Origin: Gnetum montanum
Taxonomy: Eukaryota > Plantae > Gnetophyta
Length of the DNA: 64,000 nt
NCBI GenBank assembly: GCA_015680685.1
Contig: MNCI01002465.1
Coordinates: forward strand, 237,268-301,267
Direction of reading: 5' to 3'
Numbering within the stretch: the stretch's first letter is position 1; each line of letters starts with the position of its first letter. Both the position numbers and the translations under genes were made by a program. Positions 25,760-38,885 of the stretch are shown here, piece by piece. The notes under the pieces are model-generated. The model was not told the origin of the DNA and did not search any database. It worked only from the letters and a program-made list of their open reading frames with translations.

Positions 25760-28700
25760 TTGAGTATATGTAATATGACTTTAGATAGGAATGACTGATT
25801 GGATTGAACAACTCATTTCCATCCATGTCAGCTATCATGAATGCTACATTATCATAGGCTCTAGTGATAAGGAAGGACCCTTTCTAGTTGGCTGAGAATT
25901 TATCCACATGCTCATGGATGAGTTTGAGAACTAGGTCACCTTCCTTGATCTTACGCTTGGTCATTTTATGATGGTATTCCACTTCTACCTCTCTTAATAG
26001 TGTTTGACATGAACAAGTGCTTGTATGCATTACTCCTCCACCAAGTATAGGTCTACTCTCTAAACTCCTTGCTTTGCTCATAAGTGATGAAGTTGGTTAA
26101 GGCCACCTGAAGCAATGGTACATGCAATTCAAGAGGTAAAACAACTTCAGAACCATAAACTAAGCTATAAGGTGTTACACTAGTTACTGTATAGTAAGTT
26201 GTACAATAGGACTAGAGTGCATGGATAAGCTACTCATGCCATTTGTGCTTGTTATTATTGAGCATTTTCTTGAGCAAGTTGATGATGTCCTTGTTTCTTG
26301 CTTCTTCTTGTCCATTAGCTTAAGGGTAATAAGGTAATGAGAAGGAATGCTTAATGCCTAGGTCACGATCAAAATCCTTTGTTTCTTGACTACTAAATTA
26401 TGGTCCATTTTCTATAACTATGGTCATGGGTATGGCAAAATGGCCTACAATATTATCCAATATAAATTTATAGACTTATTTAGATAGAGTCTTCCTAAGG
26501 GAAATAGCTTCAAGCCACTTGGTAAAGTATTTGGTTGCTATGATGATGAAGCTATGTTTTGCAGAAGACTTAGGCATTATAGATCCAATAATATCCAAAC
26601 CCCATCATTAAAAACTCGAAGTTATCTGAGTAGTAAGCAACTCAGTTGATGGTATGTGTATGAGGTTGCTATGTCATTAACATGTGTCACAACATTTAAC
26701 CTTATGTAGGCAGTCACTTTTCATATAGGACTAGTAATAGCCTAATCATTTAATCTTAAAAACCATAGCTCTAGGTCCTATATGTCCTCCACAAACACCC
26801 TCATGAACATTCTCTAGGATTTTTCTATCTTTTGTTTTTCCCAAGAACTTTAGTAATATGCCATTGTAGGATTGTCGACATAACATGTTATCACCTATGA
26901 TGACATACTGCTTCAATCATTTGTGTATAACATTCTTTTAAGTAGTAGTCAAGGCTTGTGAGGATTCGTCATGCATAAGATAAAATTTGATATCATCATA
27001 CTACTCCCTAGCAAGAGTAGTATGAATGATTATCATAAAGGTATCCTTAACATTCTACATGGTGTAAACAATATAGTTCATAGTTAGGATGGTCAACTTC
27101 CTAAACACATCTAGCATCATACTAAGGGCTAATATTGTAATGACATTGACTATGACATTCTCATTATAGGGTATGTGTTGGATATTAGTGTCTACGAATT
27201 ACTGTAACAATTACTTCCCTAGGTCATAGTAAGGTTGTAAGTGTTTTGCTTTACACACATAGACCTCGTTCACTTGGTTAATCATAAGTTGGGAATCATA
27301 TTTGATCATTAAGAATTTAATCCCTAGGTCATGAGTTACCATCATTTCTATGATCAAACCTTCATACTTTGCTATGCTTTTCATACATGGAAACTCAAAA
27401 TGATAGGTGAAGGGTTAGATTTTACTATATGGAAATGTTATGATGGAAGTGGCCTTGGTCCCATGGGTAGTTCAAGCTCCATCAAAGTTCATGACTACCT
27501 TGTAACCCTCAAGAACTTGGCTAACAACATTAATGTGTTCATTAGGAAAGTCAGGATCTATGACTACTTGCTCATTAATAGGTGATACCATGATTTGTAT
27601 GGCTATAGCTTAACCTTTTGTTGAGGATTAAGAGATGTAATGAAGATCAAGCTCTATGGTTATGGCTTTCCATGGGCTATACAACTACTTTTGTAGATCT
27701 TGGTTGTTGGATTTGAGTATGTTCTCTTTGCAAATGATGTTGACTTGGCTTTTGAAGAGGTAGTATCTACACTTCTTCAATGAGAAGTCTAGTCATAGAT
27801 AATACTTCCCCACTTCAGTGTATGACGTCTCATGGGTAACTAATGCATGGATAAGTTAGTACACTAGCATCTTTGCTCCATCATAATGTTTTTGATATAG
27901 TAGAGAGGTAATGGATGTGTCAAAGATGGTGAGATACATGTAAAATGGATTACCCTCTTGTGGAGCATAGACTATCAGTAGTTGTGCCAACTCTTACTTA
28001 AGGTTTTTAAAGGTCTCTTGGCATTGAGCCATCTACTCATAGTGAATCCCTTTCTTAAGCAAGTGTTGCATGGGCTGTAACTTATCCGTAGGTCTAATAA
28101 TAAACCTATGAATAAATTATAATCTCCCTTGTAATCCTTGAAGCTCCTTAAGGTTGGTAGGTATTGCTAATTAGGATATGGCCTTAACCTTATCAAAATT
28201 GACACATATCCCTACTTCAGATACTACAAAGCTAAGCATCTTACTAATCTTAATACTAAAGACATACTTCTTATGGTTGAGACTAAGCTCATACTTGAGG
28301 CATCATTTAAGCATAAGATTTAGATCATTAGCATGATCATTTTCCACTTTGTACTTAATGACTATATCATCTATGTAATTGTTGAGCAAACCTAGCATGT
28401 AATCATTAAAGATATAGGTCATGGCTCATTGATAGGTTGCTTCTACATTCTTAAGGACAAAGGGTATCATAGTATAGCAATAGGTACCTCAAAGGGTCAT
28501 GACTATTATGCTAAGTTAGTGCTTTAGATTGATCCTAATTTTCTTGTATCTTGAGAATCCATCCATAAAGAACAACAAGGCATGCTCGACTATAGTATTA
28601 ATAAGTTGATCAATACTAGGCAAAGGGAAGTCATTCTTGATAGTGACTTTATTTAGATCTTAGAAATTGATGCAGATATATATACTCCCATTTTTCTTAA

Positions 28701-29283
28701 GGACTACCTCTATGTTGGACACCTGTTCTATGTAGTCAATAGCCCTAATGAAACCAACTTGGTAGAGATTTTAGATTTTATCATGAACTCCCAAGGCCAA
28801 ATTAGGTCTAATTTTGCATAGTTTTTGCTTAACTAGTCTAATGCTAAGGTCTAGTATGATATTGTGTTGGACTAAACATGGGTCTAGACCTAGCATATCT
28901 TCATATGACTAGGTAAAGGTATTAATATCACCTTGGAAGACCTTGATGATGTTTCAAGCCTGCTGAGGTTCTAATGAGGAACTTAGTTTAAGGGTTTTCT
29001 CCTCACCACTATGTGTTGTGATAGGAACCTTAACTAGAGGATCTTTGGTTATGTTTTCTAGCTCTAATTTAAGGATTTTGATTAGGTTTTCAGGCCATTC
29101 TAGAGGTTTCTCTATCAAGGCTATGTAGTTGACAAGACTCTTAGGCTCATGATTTAGGCAATGAAGGTCAATATATCATTCTACATCATTGTGGGATCCA
29201 TGTAGGCACAAAGGTAAGTTGATAGGTTTCTAGGTACTCGTACTTTAGTTTTTCATGTTAACCAAAAGAATATTAAGTGGCAC
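25760..29283 (-). pseudogene. pol: D pol: RT - RNase H - archaeal-type RNase H - integrase
   Basis: DFPLPSIDQL..FMDGFS, YIDD, LQGLQGRL; aRH FDGA..KYEGLI..DSQLMINQV..IQHIP; INT VHEGVCGGH, TKYFTKWLEA, EGDLVLK..GPFLI. Confidence 0.92.
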
Positions 29284-29879
29284 CTGGGTAAAAGTGAATA
29301 AACAATGCTAAAATACTATAAAATTAGAAAATACATGCTATTCTAATGCAAACAAGGTCATCCAAAGCTACAAATAGGGTAAACACAAGTAGAAAAGGTG
29401 AAATAAGGGTCAAATAAAGGTTAAACAAAGGGAAGTATGAGAAATAAGGCTACAAATGGTCAACAAGAATTATAGTTTTTCCAAGTTTAGGCATTAGCAT
29501 GCCACGATGCCAGTTTAAGGCAATAATGGGGCATGGTTACATGCTACTAAATGGTGGTCAAGAAAGGTGAAAACCCAAAATGTGATACCAATCCATGGCT
29601 AAAAAGAGGTAAATAAGGATATAATATGGCAAATAAAGAAAATATAAGGCTATGTAAAGGCTATAATATGTCCAAAAATTCAACAATAAAACACAAAGCA
29701 AAAAACAAGTTGAAACATCATAGCTACATATGGTGAAACTTTGCTAATATAGATAAAAAAAGAGATGTGTTTTGCCCGATTTAGGTCTTAGCAAGCCATG
29801 GTTTAGGGTTACAAGATTGTTAGGTACATTTGAACATAAATTAGGGCTGTTTGGACCTAAAAATCAAGGGTTTTAAGGC

Positions 29880-32800
29880 TTCCATGCTACATCCCCCCTA
29901 TTTCTACACTAGCCAACATGGAAGGAGTGAACCTTAGTGTGAAAACTAAGGAAAGTATGTTTTGGAGCATCTAGAGGTCCAAAATTGAAGTTCTAGGGCC
30001 TTTCCAAGGTAGCACATGGCTAGATCCATCAAAATTAGGTACTTTGGAGGTCTATAAAGGTTTAAAGTAGGTTTTGAAACTTTAACGCTTTGTTTCCACA
30101 CTACTTAGTGTGGATGGGAGGGGGCTCAATATGGAGGATCAAAATACAAGCCAAAATAGAGTCAAATAAGATCAAATTGGTAGTTGGAACCCAGATATAG
30201 GCATTATGCATACCCTAGCTTCATTGTAAGGTCATTTGAGTTGGTTCTTAGTGCCAAAATTAGGTGAAATCAATTTCCACCCTTTTTCCACATTGAGCAT
30301 GATCGCCCTACTATGGAAGAATGGGGATGCACTTGTTCTATGATTTTGGAATGGTTTGGGAGCACATTGACCAAGTTTCTATGCCCATAGGGTTATCAAT
30401 CATGATTTGTTAAGTTTTTGGCTAATTTTGAAGATGTTTAGAGGTCATTTAAGACCATGGATAATTTTGAAGATGTTTAGAGGTAATTTAAGACCATCAA
30501 AGGTTTCATCCTCCTATTTCCATGCTGAGGGGGTTTCTTCAACATGGAAAATTAGGGGAAATGAGTTTTGAAGATCAAAATGAAGTTAAATGAGCATAAT
30601 CTTAATGAGGTCCTAAGCTTCTCTAGCATAGATTTTTGGTCTTCATGAGTGCCATCATATCACCAAAAGTGGAATTTGCAACTTCATCCCCTTGTTTTCA
30701 TGTTGCCCAACATGCAAGGGACCTTCTCCAATGTGGATGGAATAAGAATCCTAGATCTAGACCAATTTGGTTCATAATCAACAATGCATGTTACATCCTA
30801 GAGTTATCGGGGTCGAGGGCTAGGGTTTGAGGTCAAAATTTGGCAGTTTTGTGTGTTTCTAAGTGTTTTTTGGGTCTTTTCTTCTTTTTCTATGCTCAAG
30901 ATGGAATGCCCAACATGGATCCATCTAGGAAGATTAAGGGAAATAGATTTTTTGCTATGTGGGGTAAGTTTTGTAGTGTTTGATGGCTTTGAAAGATGCA
31001 AACATGGTCCTATGGTATACACAAGGTTGTCTAGTATGTGTTTGAGGTCTCTAAGGGCTTTTCTTAAGTCATCCTCAAGTTTTCCCTTGTTTTCACACTA
31101 ACTAGCATGGAAGAGGTGGCTTCTAGCATGTAAGAAATAATAAACTATACTTTTTGCTACTTTTTATCATTTTTGGCCATGCATGTGGGTCTTTAGGGTT
31201 GCTAGTGTTAATTGTTGATGCCTAGGGTAAAACTCTAGTGAAGTTAATGGTTGTTAGATGGTTTTTAGGCTCACCTCCTTCATTCACACTAAGGCTAGGA
31301 TGATCAACATGGATGGGATTCCCTCAACATAAAGACTTCAAAGGAGGAAAGTTTGGGCTATTTCAATCAACTTTCAGAAGTCTAGTGGGTTTTGGAAGGG
31401 TTGAGTTGCTTTGGAAGTCAGTTTTGATGAAATTTCAACAGTTTCGATTTCCCCCCTTCATCCATGCAAGGGTTGGGATGTTCAACATGGATGGTTTCCA
31501 ATGGCATGGAAGAATCTTAGGAGGTTGATTTTTATTGATTTTTGGAATTTTGGTGGCTTCTGGAAGGGCTATCAAGGTTTTGGTGCTAGTGTAAGGTAAT
31601 TTGATGTCATTTTCATGCATCTAGAACTTTTCAATGATCTTCCTAGCTACATCCACAATGGTTTCAAAGTAGTTAGCATGGAAGAGATTTTCCCCAGTGT
31701 GGATAAACCAAGAATATTAGATCTAGACTAGTTTGATAGCCAATCAACCATGCATGTCAGCCTTTGGGGTTGTTGGTGTTAATAGTTGATACTTGGTATC
31801 AAAACCAAATATTTTGGAGTTTCCTAGATGCCTCATGTAGCCAATTCCTCTTCCTCCACATTAGGCATGATGGCCTCAGTGTGGATGAGAGGGGGATGAT
31901 AGTTTTGTGCCATTTTTAACTACTTTTGAGGCATTTAGAAGCTCCAGAAGGTCTTGGTAGGTTCTAGGGATCACTAGAGTAGGTCATTTGGTTATTTTAG
32001 GTCATAATAAGGTTTTCTTACATGACCTCAAGGTTTCTACACTAGATCCATATTGGACAGTGTGGAAGGGGTTTCACCAACTTTGAATAGGCTATGGGTG
32101 GAAAATTAACTTGTCTTATGGTCAAACTAGGATACCAGAGGCTGTGAGGCAATGGTAGGCTTGAAAAATGACTACTAGGAAGTCAATTTAGGTAGTTTTG
32201 TTCATCCTCCCATTCATCCACACTAGGGCTAGGATGATTAGCATGGATGAGACCTTTGCTAGCATTGAACCACCATATACCTAGGTTTTAAACACTTTTG
32301 AATAGATTTCATTAGGTTTCAAGGTTTCCAATGGTGATTGGAGGGGCCCTAAGTCATGTGGACCTACTTTGGGGGGTCAAACTTGGGCTAGTTGGGTGTT
32401 GGGGGGTAAGAAGGGGTGTTACTCCCCTACTTCCATTTTGTTCAATGTTTCCCAAGTCTAGAAACCCAAGGTGTCTAGTTTTGGTAAGCTCTAACCCACT
32501 TTGGGAGTTGGGGATTGAATGAGGTAGGTTGTAGCTACCAAAAATGGCAAGAAAGTTTAGTTTTAAGGTTTCGAGGAGGTGGGACACATGTATCCATGCT
32601 AGGCATGGTATTCCTAGAATGGATGCATGGGGTTTAAGTCTTGAACAAGTTTCTAAGTGTTCAAGGGTTCAAAACCCCAACATTGATGAAGTTTCTAGGC
32701 CAAGAGTGAAGACATATGGTGGGGTCCACTACCCAAAATTTAAAATTTTGAAATTTGAAGTTATTTTCCACCAATTATAGCATGGAAAATACTTTTTCCC
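29880..32800. repeat. Degenerate higher-order repeat array rich in TCCAYRYT / RRYRTGGA motifs
   Basis: Dozens of tccacact/tccatgct and agtgtgga/agcatgga copies. Blocks recur ~930-970 bp apart (30750 vs 31718; 31275 vs 32205). Confidence 0.75.
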
Positions 32801-33189
32801 CTTTTCACTTTAGTGCACTTTGAGTTCTACTAAACTGAATTGGCAATAAGGGTTTAGAGGTGGGTGTTTAGGTTTAGATTGGATTTTTATTGTCAAATTT
32901 TATAAACAACCATCACAAATTGTCATTCCCACACACAACACTAGAGGAGAGTGCAAGGAGAGATTTTTTTTTATTATAATGAGCATTAATCTTTAGTGTG
33001 GAATCATCAAATCTTCCCTTCAATTGATGTAGAACCTCAATTCCATCTTTAGAGATTCCCAATGTTGGTGTAATTATGTCGCCCAAGCAATGTGGAGGAA
33101 AGAGCAAGAATCCATGAATCTAGAAGGTAGATGAGAATGCCAAAAATTTGTCCAGACTTCCTAGACTAGTTACTATTCAAGATTCATCT

Positions 33190-36100
33190 ATGGCTAATCC
33201 AAGGTAGTTCTATCCATTTTTCCTTTAGTTTCTTGTTGTTTTTTTCTTATTTTTCTAGGTATGGATGGGGCCATTTTTCATAGATCTAGGATTTAATGTT
33301 CATCAAAATTTAATTTTAATAAACTCCTACCACCTTATTTTGGTATGTTTTTATGTGGATATAAGTTTGTTTGGCCATTATGGCTTTGTTTCATGGCTAG
33401 ATTAGGTTAAGTATTACAAGTCTTGGGTTTTCTTTTTGTGTTTTTTTTTTATGAAAAAAGAAAGCAACATTGTGTATTTTTTCTTAATAAAATGGCTTAA
33501 GTTAGGAAAAATATAATGTTATGGATTTTTAGGGTTATGTGTAAGCTTCCTAATGGCTATGGTCCCATCGATTTGGGTTTATAATAGTGAAGTTATTGTT
33601 GTTTAAGTGAGGTTGTGTAGTTACGTATTTGTGCCATTTTTTAGAATTTTATGTAAATTCAAAAAAAATTTCTAAATGAACAGTAGGAATTTTTGCTATT
33701 TTTTGGCTATTGATGGGCTAGTCTTTTTTCAAATTTTCAATGGAGGTGGAATCACTCCATATAGACTTGAAATGAATTTTTAACCAGTTTTTTACTAAAC
33801 TCATGTTAAAAGGGTTTGTGTTGCTTTCAAATTTTCATCCAAGATAATGAATTCTTTTCTGAATAAATGGTAGGGGTTTAAAAGTTTTTTAAAGAATGGG
33901 TACATAGGTCTTGATTCAATATTTCAAATGGTAGTGTAATTACTCCATTTGGAGCTCAAACAAATATTTGGTGAATTTTCTCCCAACCTTGCATGAAAGG
34001 AGGTTAAGGTTGACGACTATGATTTTGCTATTTTTGCTATGTTCTATGTAAATATGGTTATGTGCTTCTAGCTATAATGGACATGGATGAAAGGCTCATG
34101 ATCTCAAGATTCCTTCCATGGTGGAATCACTAAAATTGGAGCTAGGATGGATTTTTAACAAATTTTTGATCTAGGTTGTGTTAATAAGGCTAAATTTTGG
34201 TTGTAACACTTTATCCCTTTGGAGATGGATGTGGTTAACATACTTAGAGATTTTTCTTGTTAACTTCCATGTCCTTGGGGATGTCTAGAAACATTTGTAA
34301 TTATCTAAATTTTTTTTTGAATGTCATAATCAAGTTTTACTATTTTTGGTAACATTCATGCTATTGGCTATTTTCAAGATTTTAAATTTGGCTAAGTGTT
34401 GATTAATGTGTTATCTATAACATAACTCTTTGTCTATGATGTATAAGGCTATGAAAGGTTGTAATAATGTTGTTATGAATTTCTTGAGTAAACTTGAATA
34501 AACACCTTAGAGCTTTTCAGGGGACATAATTTCATCCCATGACTAAGATGTTTTTTACAAGCTTGTTAAGAAATTTTGATCAATCATGATATCTTTTTTT
34601 TTTTTTTTGTAGGATCTTCTTGAAGCCCATACTCATCATTTTTGACTTGGTGGACATTTCATGCTACATTGGCCACCTTAAGGTAAACACCACTTTGCCT
34701 AATATGATCTTAAACAAGGTCTCACTATGGTTTTGGCTAGGAGCAAGGGGATTCCTTTCCTATATCTTGTAGAATTTTAGTGTGATGTTGTTGTCACACT
34801 TATCTATGGCTATGGTTGGGATCATAGTGGAGACACTAATGCCTTAAGCATCTAGTATGATCACTAGGTTCATCACTAATGATCCACCAGCTCAAGTATC
34901 ATGGGAAGCAATAGACATCATTAGCTCATGCTACCTCATGGATATTTGGACTATGCCAAAGTATAGTCAGTATAATGTTGACAATACTCTCATGGCAGCA
35001 CATAGAGTCCATACATTATTTTAGAATCCACTTGGCATTGTATACCATCTATAGGGGTAAGCATGATTGTTATAGTGTTTTTATGTTTTTTGGCTTTATT
35101 GGCTAAACTACCTTTCATAACTTTGTCAGCTTTATGAACTTCTTGTAGGTATAGGATTAATGATCATGGCTTGATCACTAACGATCAACCCTTGGATGTG
35201 GCGCAAACCTCCTTAGATGTATTTACCAAGGGCCCTCAAATCAGGACTATTGTGTATGAATAGTTAAGAGGGAACTTTGATGGATACGCTAAGAAATTTG
35301 ACCCTATCTACAAGAAGTGTATGGCCAACAAGATGATACACAACTGGTGGATCAGCTCCAAGAGCACCTACGATCAAACCTTTGTAGCTGGAACCTCTAC
35401 TTAGGTTACACTGAGTAAGAAGAAGAAAGGTAAACATTAGAGTTATAATGCCTAATTTTTTATGGTCATTAAGGTTTTGAGTGTTCTATTGTTTTTGACT
35501 AGTTATCAAACATTCCTACGTTGATGCTAAATGTTTGGTTGTTACCTTGCAGGACCTTCCACCTCTACCAAAGTTACCTTATCAATTTTAGAATGTCATG
35601 AGAATACCTTCATTTTGAAGTTTATTGAGGTGATACCAGCATAGGAGTGGCTAAGGGGATAGATTCCTAGATACATCCAAGCAAACATTGAGCATGTAGG
35701 TTTACTTGATGTGTTTATGGCACATATCCCTTCCATCCTTGTTGACAAGTTGCATGTCATCAACTCCTTTAACAAAGGAGCTGATAATTTCAGCACCATG
35801 ATTTTAGCCATGAAGATTACCATATCCATTGATGAGGGTACCTTTTGTGACTTGTTTGTGTCCATGTTGATTGGGCAAAGGTTGCCACAAAAATTGTGAA
35901 GGGAGTGATCCACCATGAGGAAGTTTTTGAGTGGCTTGATGCTAGTATGGGCCACTACAAGATTTCCATGAATAATAATCATATCCTTTTTTTAGGTCCC
36001 ATGTGTTTCCTAAACTATTATTACAAAATAAGGTAATTGACATCACATAGGGGTGGGCCTTTAAGAGGGTACTAATGGAGGGTACTAGATTCAATTGGAT

Positions 36101-38251
36101 GGATGCTTTGGCTATTGGGCTTCAAGAGTAGATTCTCAAACTTTTTGATGATACCTCTATACTAATCCACATGCATTTTGTGTTCTTTGTAGGTTACTTA
36201 AATAGGTTTTTGGGATTCTTGATGGTGTGGCAAAATGGATCATGGATTTTCAAAGATCCAAACCAACTTTCTAGGCCTTAGATAAAGCACATTTATCTAA
36301 CCATGTAGGCCTAGAACCCATTAGATGAGATGGATGATTCATTGTTTGTTACAACTAAAGATCTTGGTGTTACGTAATGTGAATCTCCTAATAGCACCTA
36401 GAAGAAACCCATCATGATTCTAGTGAGCATCCTAGAGGCCAAATGGTGAAGTAGAAAAGTCAAAGGGAAAGCTAGGGCTAGGCTTAAGAGGCCCGTGGAG
36501 GAAGCACTGCTAGTGTCAGAGAAACCCATCCAAAAGAAGCTTAAGTTTAAGCTTAAGACATCACATAGGTGGTCATAGGTATGTTTTATCTATGTTTTGA
36601 CTATTCTATCTTTTAAGATTTTATGGCCACATTATGGTTTCGTGTGGTAATCAGTTTTCTATGTGATATGATTTTAGACAAGCATCGGGACATGATAGCC
36701 CAAGCTATTGTGGAGGAAGAAGCATAGAGACATGCGGCTGCTATAGTAGATGATGAACAAAGAAATGTAGAGGAGATGCTCTTATGATATCATGAGGTTG
36801 AAGGATTTGCCAACATAGATATAGATGCTCTATACACTTTGTTTGATGAGGTAGTACCAAGTACATTGCCTATCATCATCCCAAAGGAGAAAGAGGAGGA
36901 GCTAGATATGCACATGTCTTAACACCTCTTGTTATATGCTATTATTTTAGGTTTGGATTTCATCCTAACCATTCAATGATTGTTATGCTTATAGTAGTTC
37001 CTAAGGTAGTAGTGTAGGCCCTTGTCCCTAAGTTTCATGCAAAACCATGGGCTGAGGCCACAAACAAGATGGAGTTCATGTGCAGGATGACTAAGGAATT
37101 CATTGACTAGTTGCAACAAGTTGCACCTGAGATAGGTAAGAACTTTGTTTTCTATGTATTAGTAGTCTTGCTATGTTATAGGTTGTGTGAATGTCATGGT
37201 TATCTTAGGTTGCAAACTATATTTATTATTGTATTTTATGTTTATGTAGTGCCATCTATAGAGTTGGATGCTAGCCAAAACATGAAGATTGAGTCCTTGT
37301 TGAAGCTTCCCTATGATGTCTCTAGTGTATCCTTGAAGTTGTATGAGATTGCTATTGATCTAGCATTTTCATGTGCAAAAACTTCATGGGAGATGGAGAG
37401 GTCCAACAAATCACTACAGGATCAAGTTGTGGCCTTGAGAAAGAAAACTCAATAGCAAGAAGAGGTGATTAGAGATCTCTAGAACTACAAGGTGTTTATG
37501 AAAGGTCAACTAGCTAATTCATGGAAATTTCAAACCATAGAGATCACATGGACCTACTATTTCCATGCCATCTAAGATAAGTTAGTGTTCTCATGGGAGA
37601 TGGCAAAGAAGTTGATGTAGATAGACCTAATCTCCTAGAAGGCTAAGGATTAGAAAAATCATTTCACTTGGGTCTTAGAGTTGGGTAGGACACAAAAGAA
37701 CCACAAGTAATAGTATAAGGCTGATCGTGAGGCCTATCTAAAGTGGCTTAAAGAGGAGTCAGTCGAATGGTGCAATAGAGATATTTTCATTCAAGGGATC
37801 CAACTAGAGAGTTCTTGCCATCTCTTTGAAAGCAATGTTATGGTAAAGAAATCCCCTACTCCTTGGATTACCACTATTATAGGTGGGACCTTTGTGACTT
37901 CCATTACCTAAGAACCACCTACTTGGATTATAGTAGACAGGATTGGCATCCTTATGGGTGTTGATTTTGCACATATTGATTAGGCAAATATGAAGGAGGA
38001 TTAGATCCTCCATTTTTTGGAGAATGACATTCAACATCTACCCCCAAAATTCATGGAGCTGAATTACCCATAGGTTTGATGCATTATATGTTTTATTTTT
38101 ACTCTAAGTTATGGTTTTGTTTAAGTTATATTTTTGGCTATTGGTTATTTATTGGTTATGTGTTGTTGTATGTTAGGCATCAAGAGACATTGGAAACCTT
38201 AGTGGTGAGGGTGGGGATGACCCACCACTTCCTGATTTGGATGCCCTTTAG
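33190..38251 (+). pseudogene. Antisense 8-exon gene inside D (~1010 codons): FCP1/NIF-like N-terminus, transposon env-like domain and coiled coil
   Basis: Exons 33190-33203, 34613-35056, 35149-35429, 35553-36578, 36678-36905, 36995-37135, 37250-38073, 38177-38251. GT-AG U-rich introns (donor of intron 5 is GT>AT). All junction phases match; total 3033 nt. Stops are mostly TAG/TAA/TGA explicable by C>T or G>A changes; exon 4 has internal indels. Confidence 0.8.
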
Positions 38252-38885
38252 CATCCTCCATTTGCCTATTTTAGTTTGTTGGCTATATTCTTTTATTTTT
38301 ATGTTATGGCTATTGTTAGCCAAGACTATGTCATAGATGACTATTATTATTTTTTAACATTTTCCCACACATTGTGGCCATGGCTATGTATATTATAAAT
38401 ATTATAAATTAAAATTTTGATTTCATTTTAGCTATATATATTGTTATAGTGTTATAAACATTATAAATGGCTATGTTGACGATTTTGTTTATAAAGTTAA
38501 ATGGCTAATCGATGCGATTATAGGCTAAAAATAAATAGAATAAAAGAGACGTTTTCTAGTTTTAGGTCATTGTGGATAGAGGTTGCATTATTTTGTGAGT
38601 TTAAGATCATGGAAGGCTATGTTACATTGCCATTTTAAGGCCATGGTGGGCCCTCGATATAAAAAATAAATTCATATTTTTTTGTAATTTTTTTGTATAT
38701 TAAAGTTTTTATGGTTTTTTAGTTTATATCATGCTAAACAAGTAAAGTAAAGAAAGACACAAAACTATAATTAATAGACATGCTACTAAAATAATCTTCT
38801 AGAATATATGCATAACAAGTAGAATAAAACATAGAAAAATAAGGACACAATTGGTCAACAAATAGAAAACTTAGGCTAAATGATT

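Noticed and set aside
30423-30497. Near-perfect 39 bp tandem duplication
   Set aside because: Real, but an ordinary local duplication with no evident function.
30636-32780. Cluster of short overlapping ORFs on both strands
   Set aside because: They fall in the degenerate repeat array and show no coherent protein signal.
37111-37455. 114 aa hydrophobic ORF as a stand-alone membrane protein
   Set aside because: It is exon 6 and exon 7 read through the 114 nt in-frame U-rich intron 6.
38076-38336. 86 aa very hydrophobic ORF
   Set aside because: Translation of U-rich intron 7, exon 8 out of frame, and 3' UTR.
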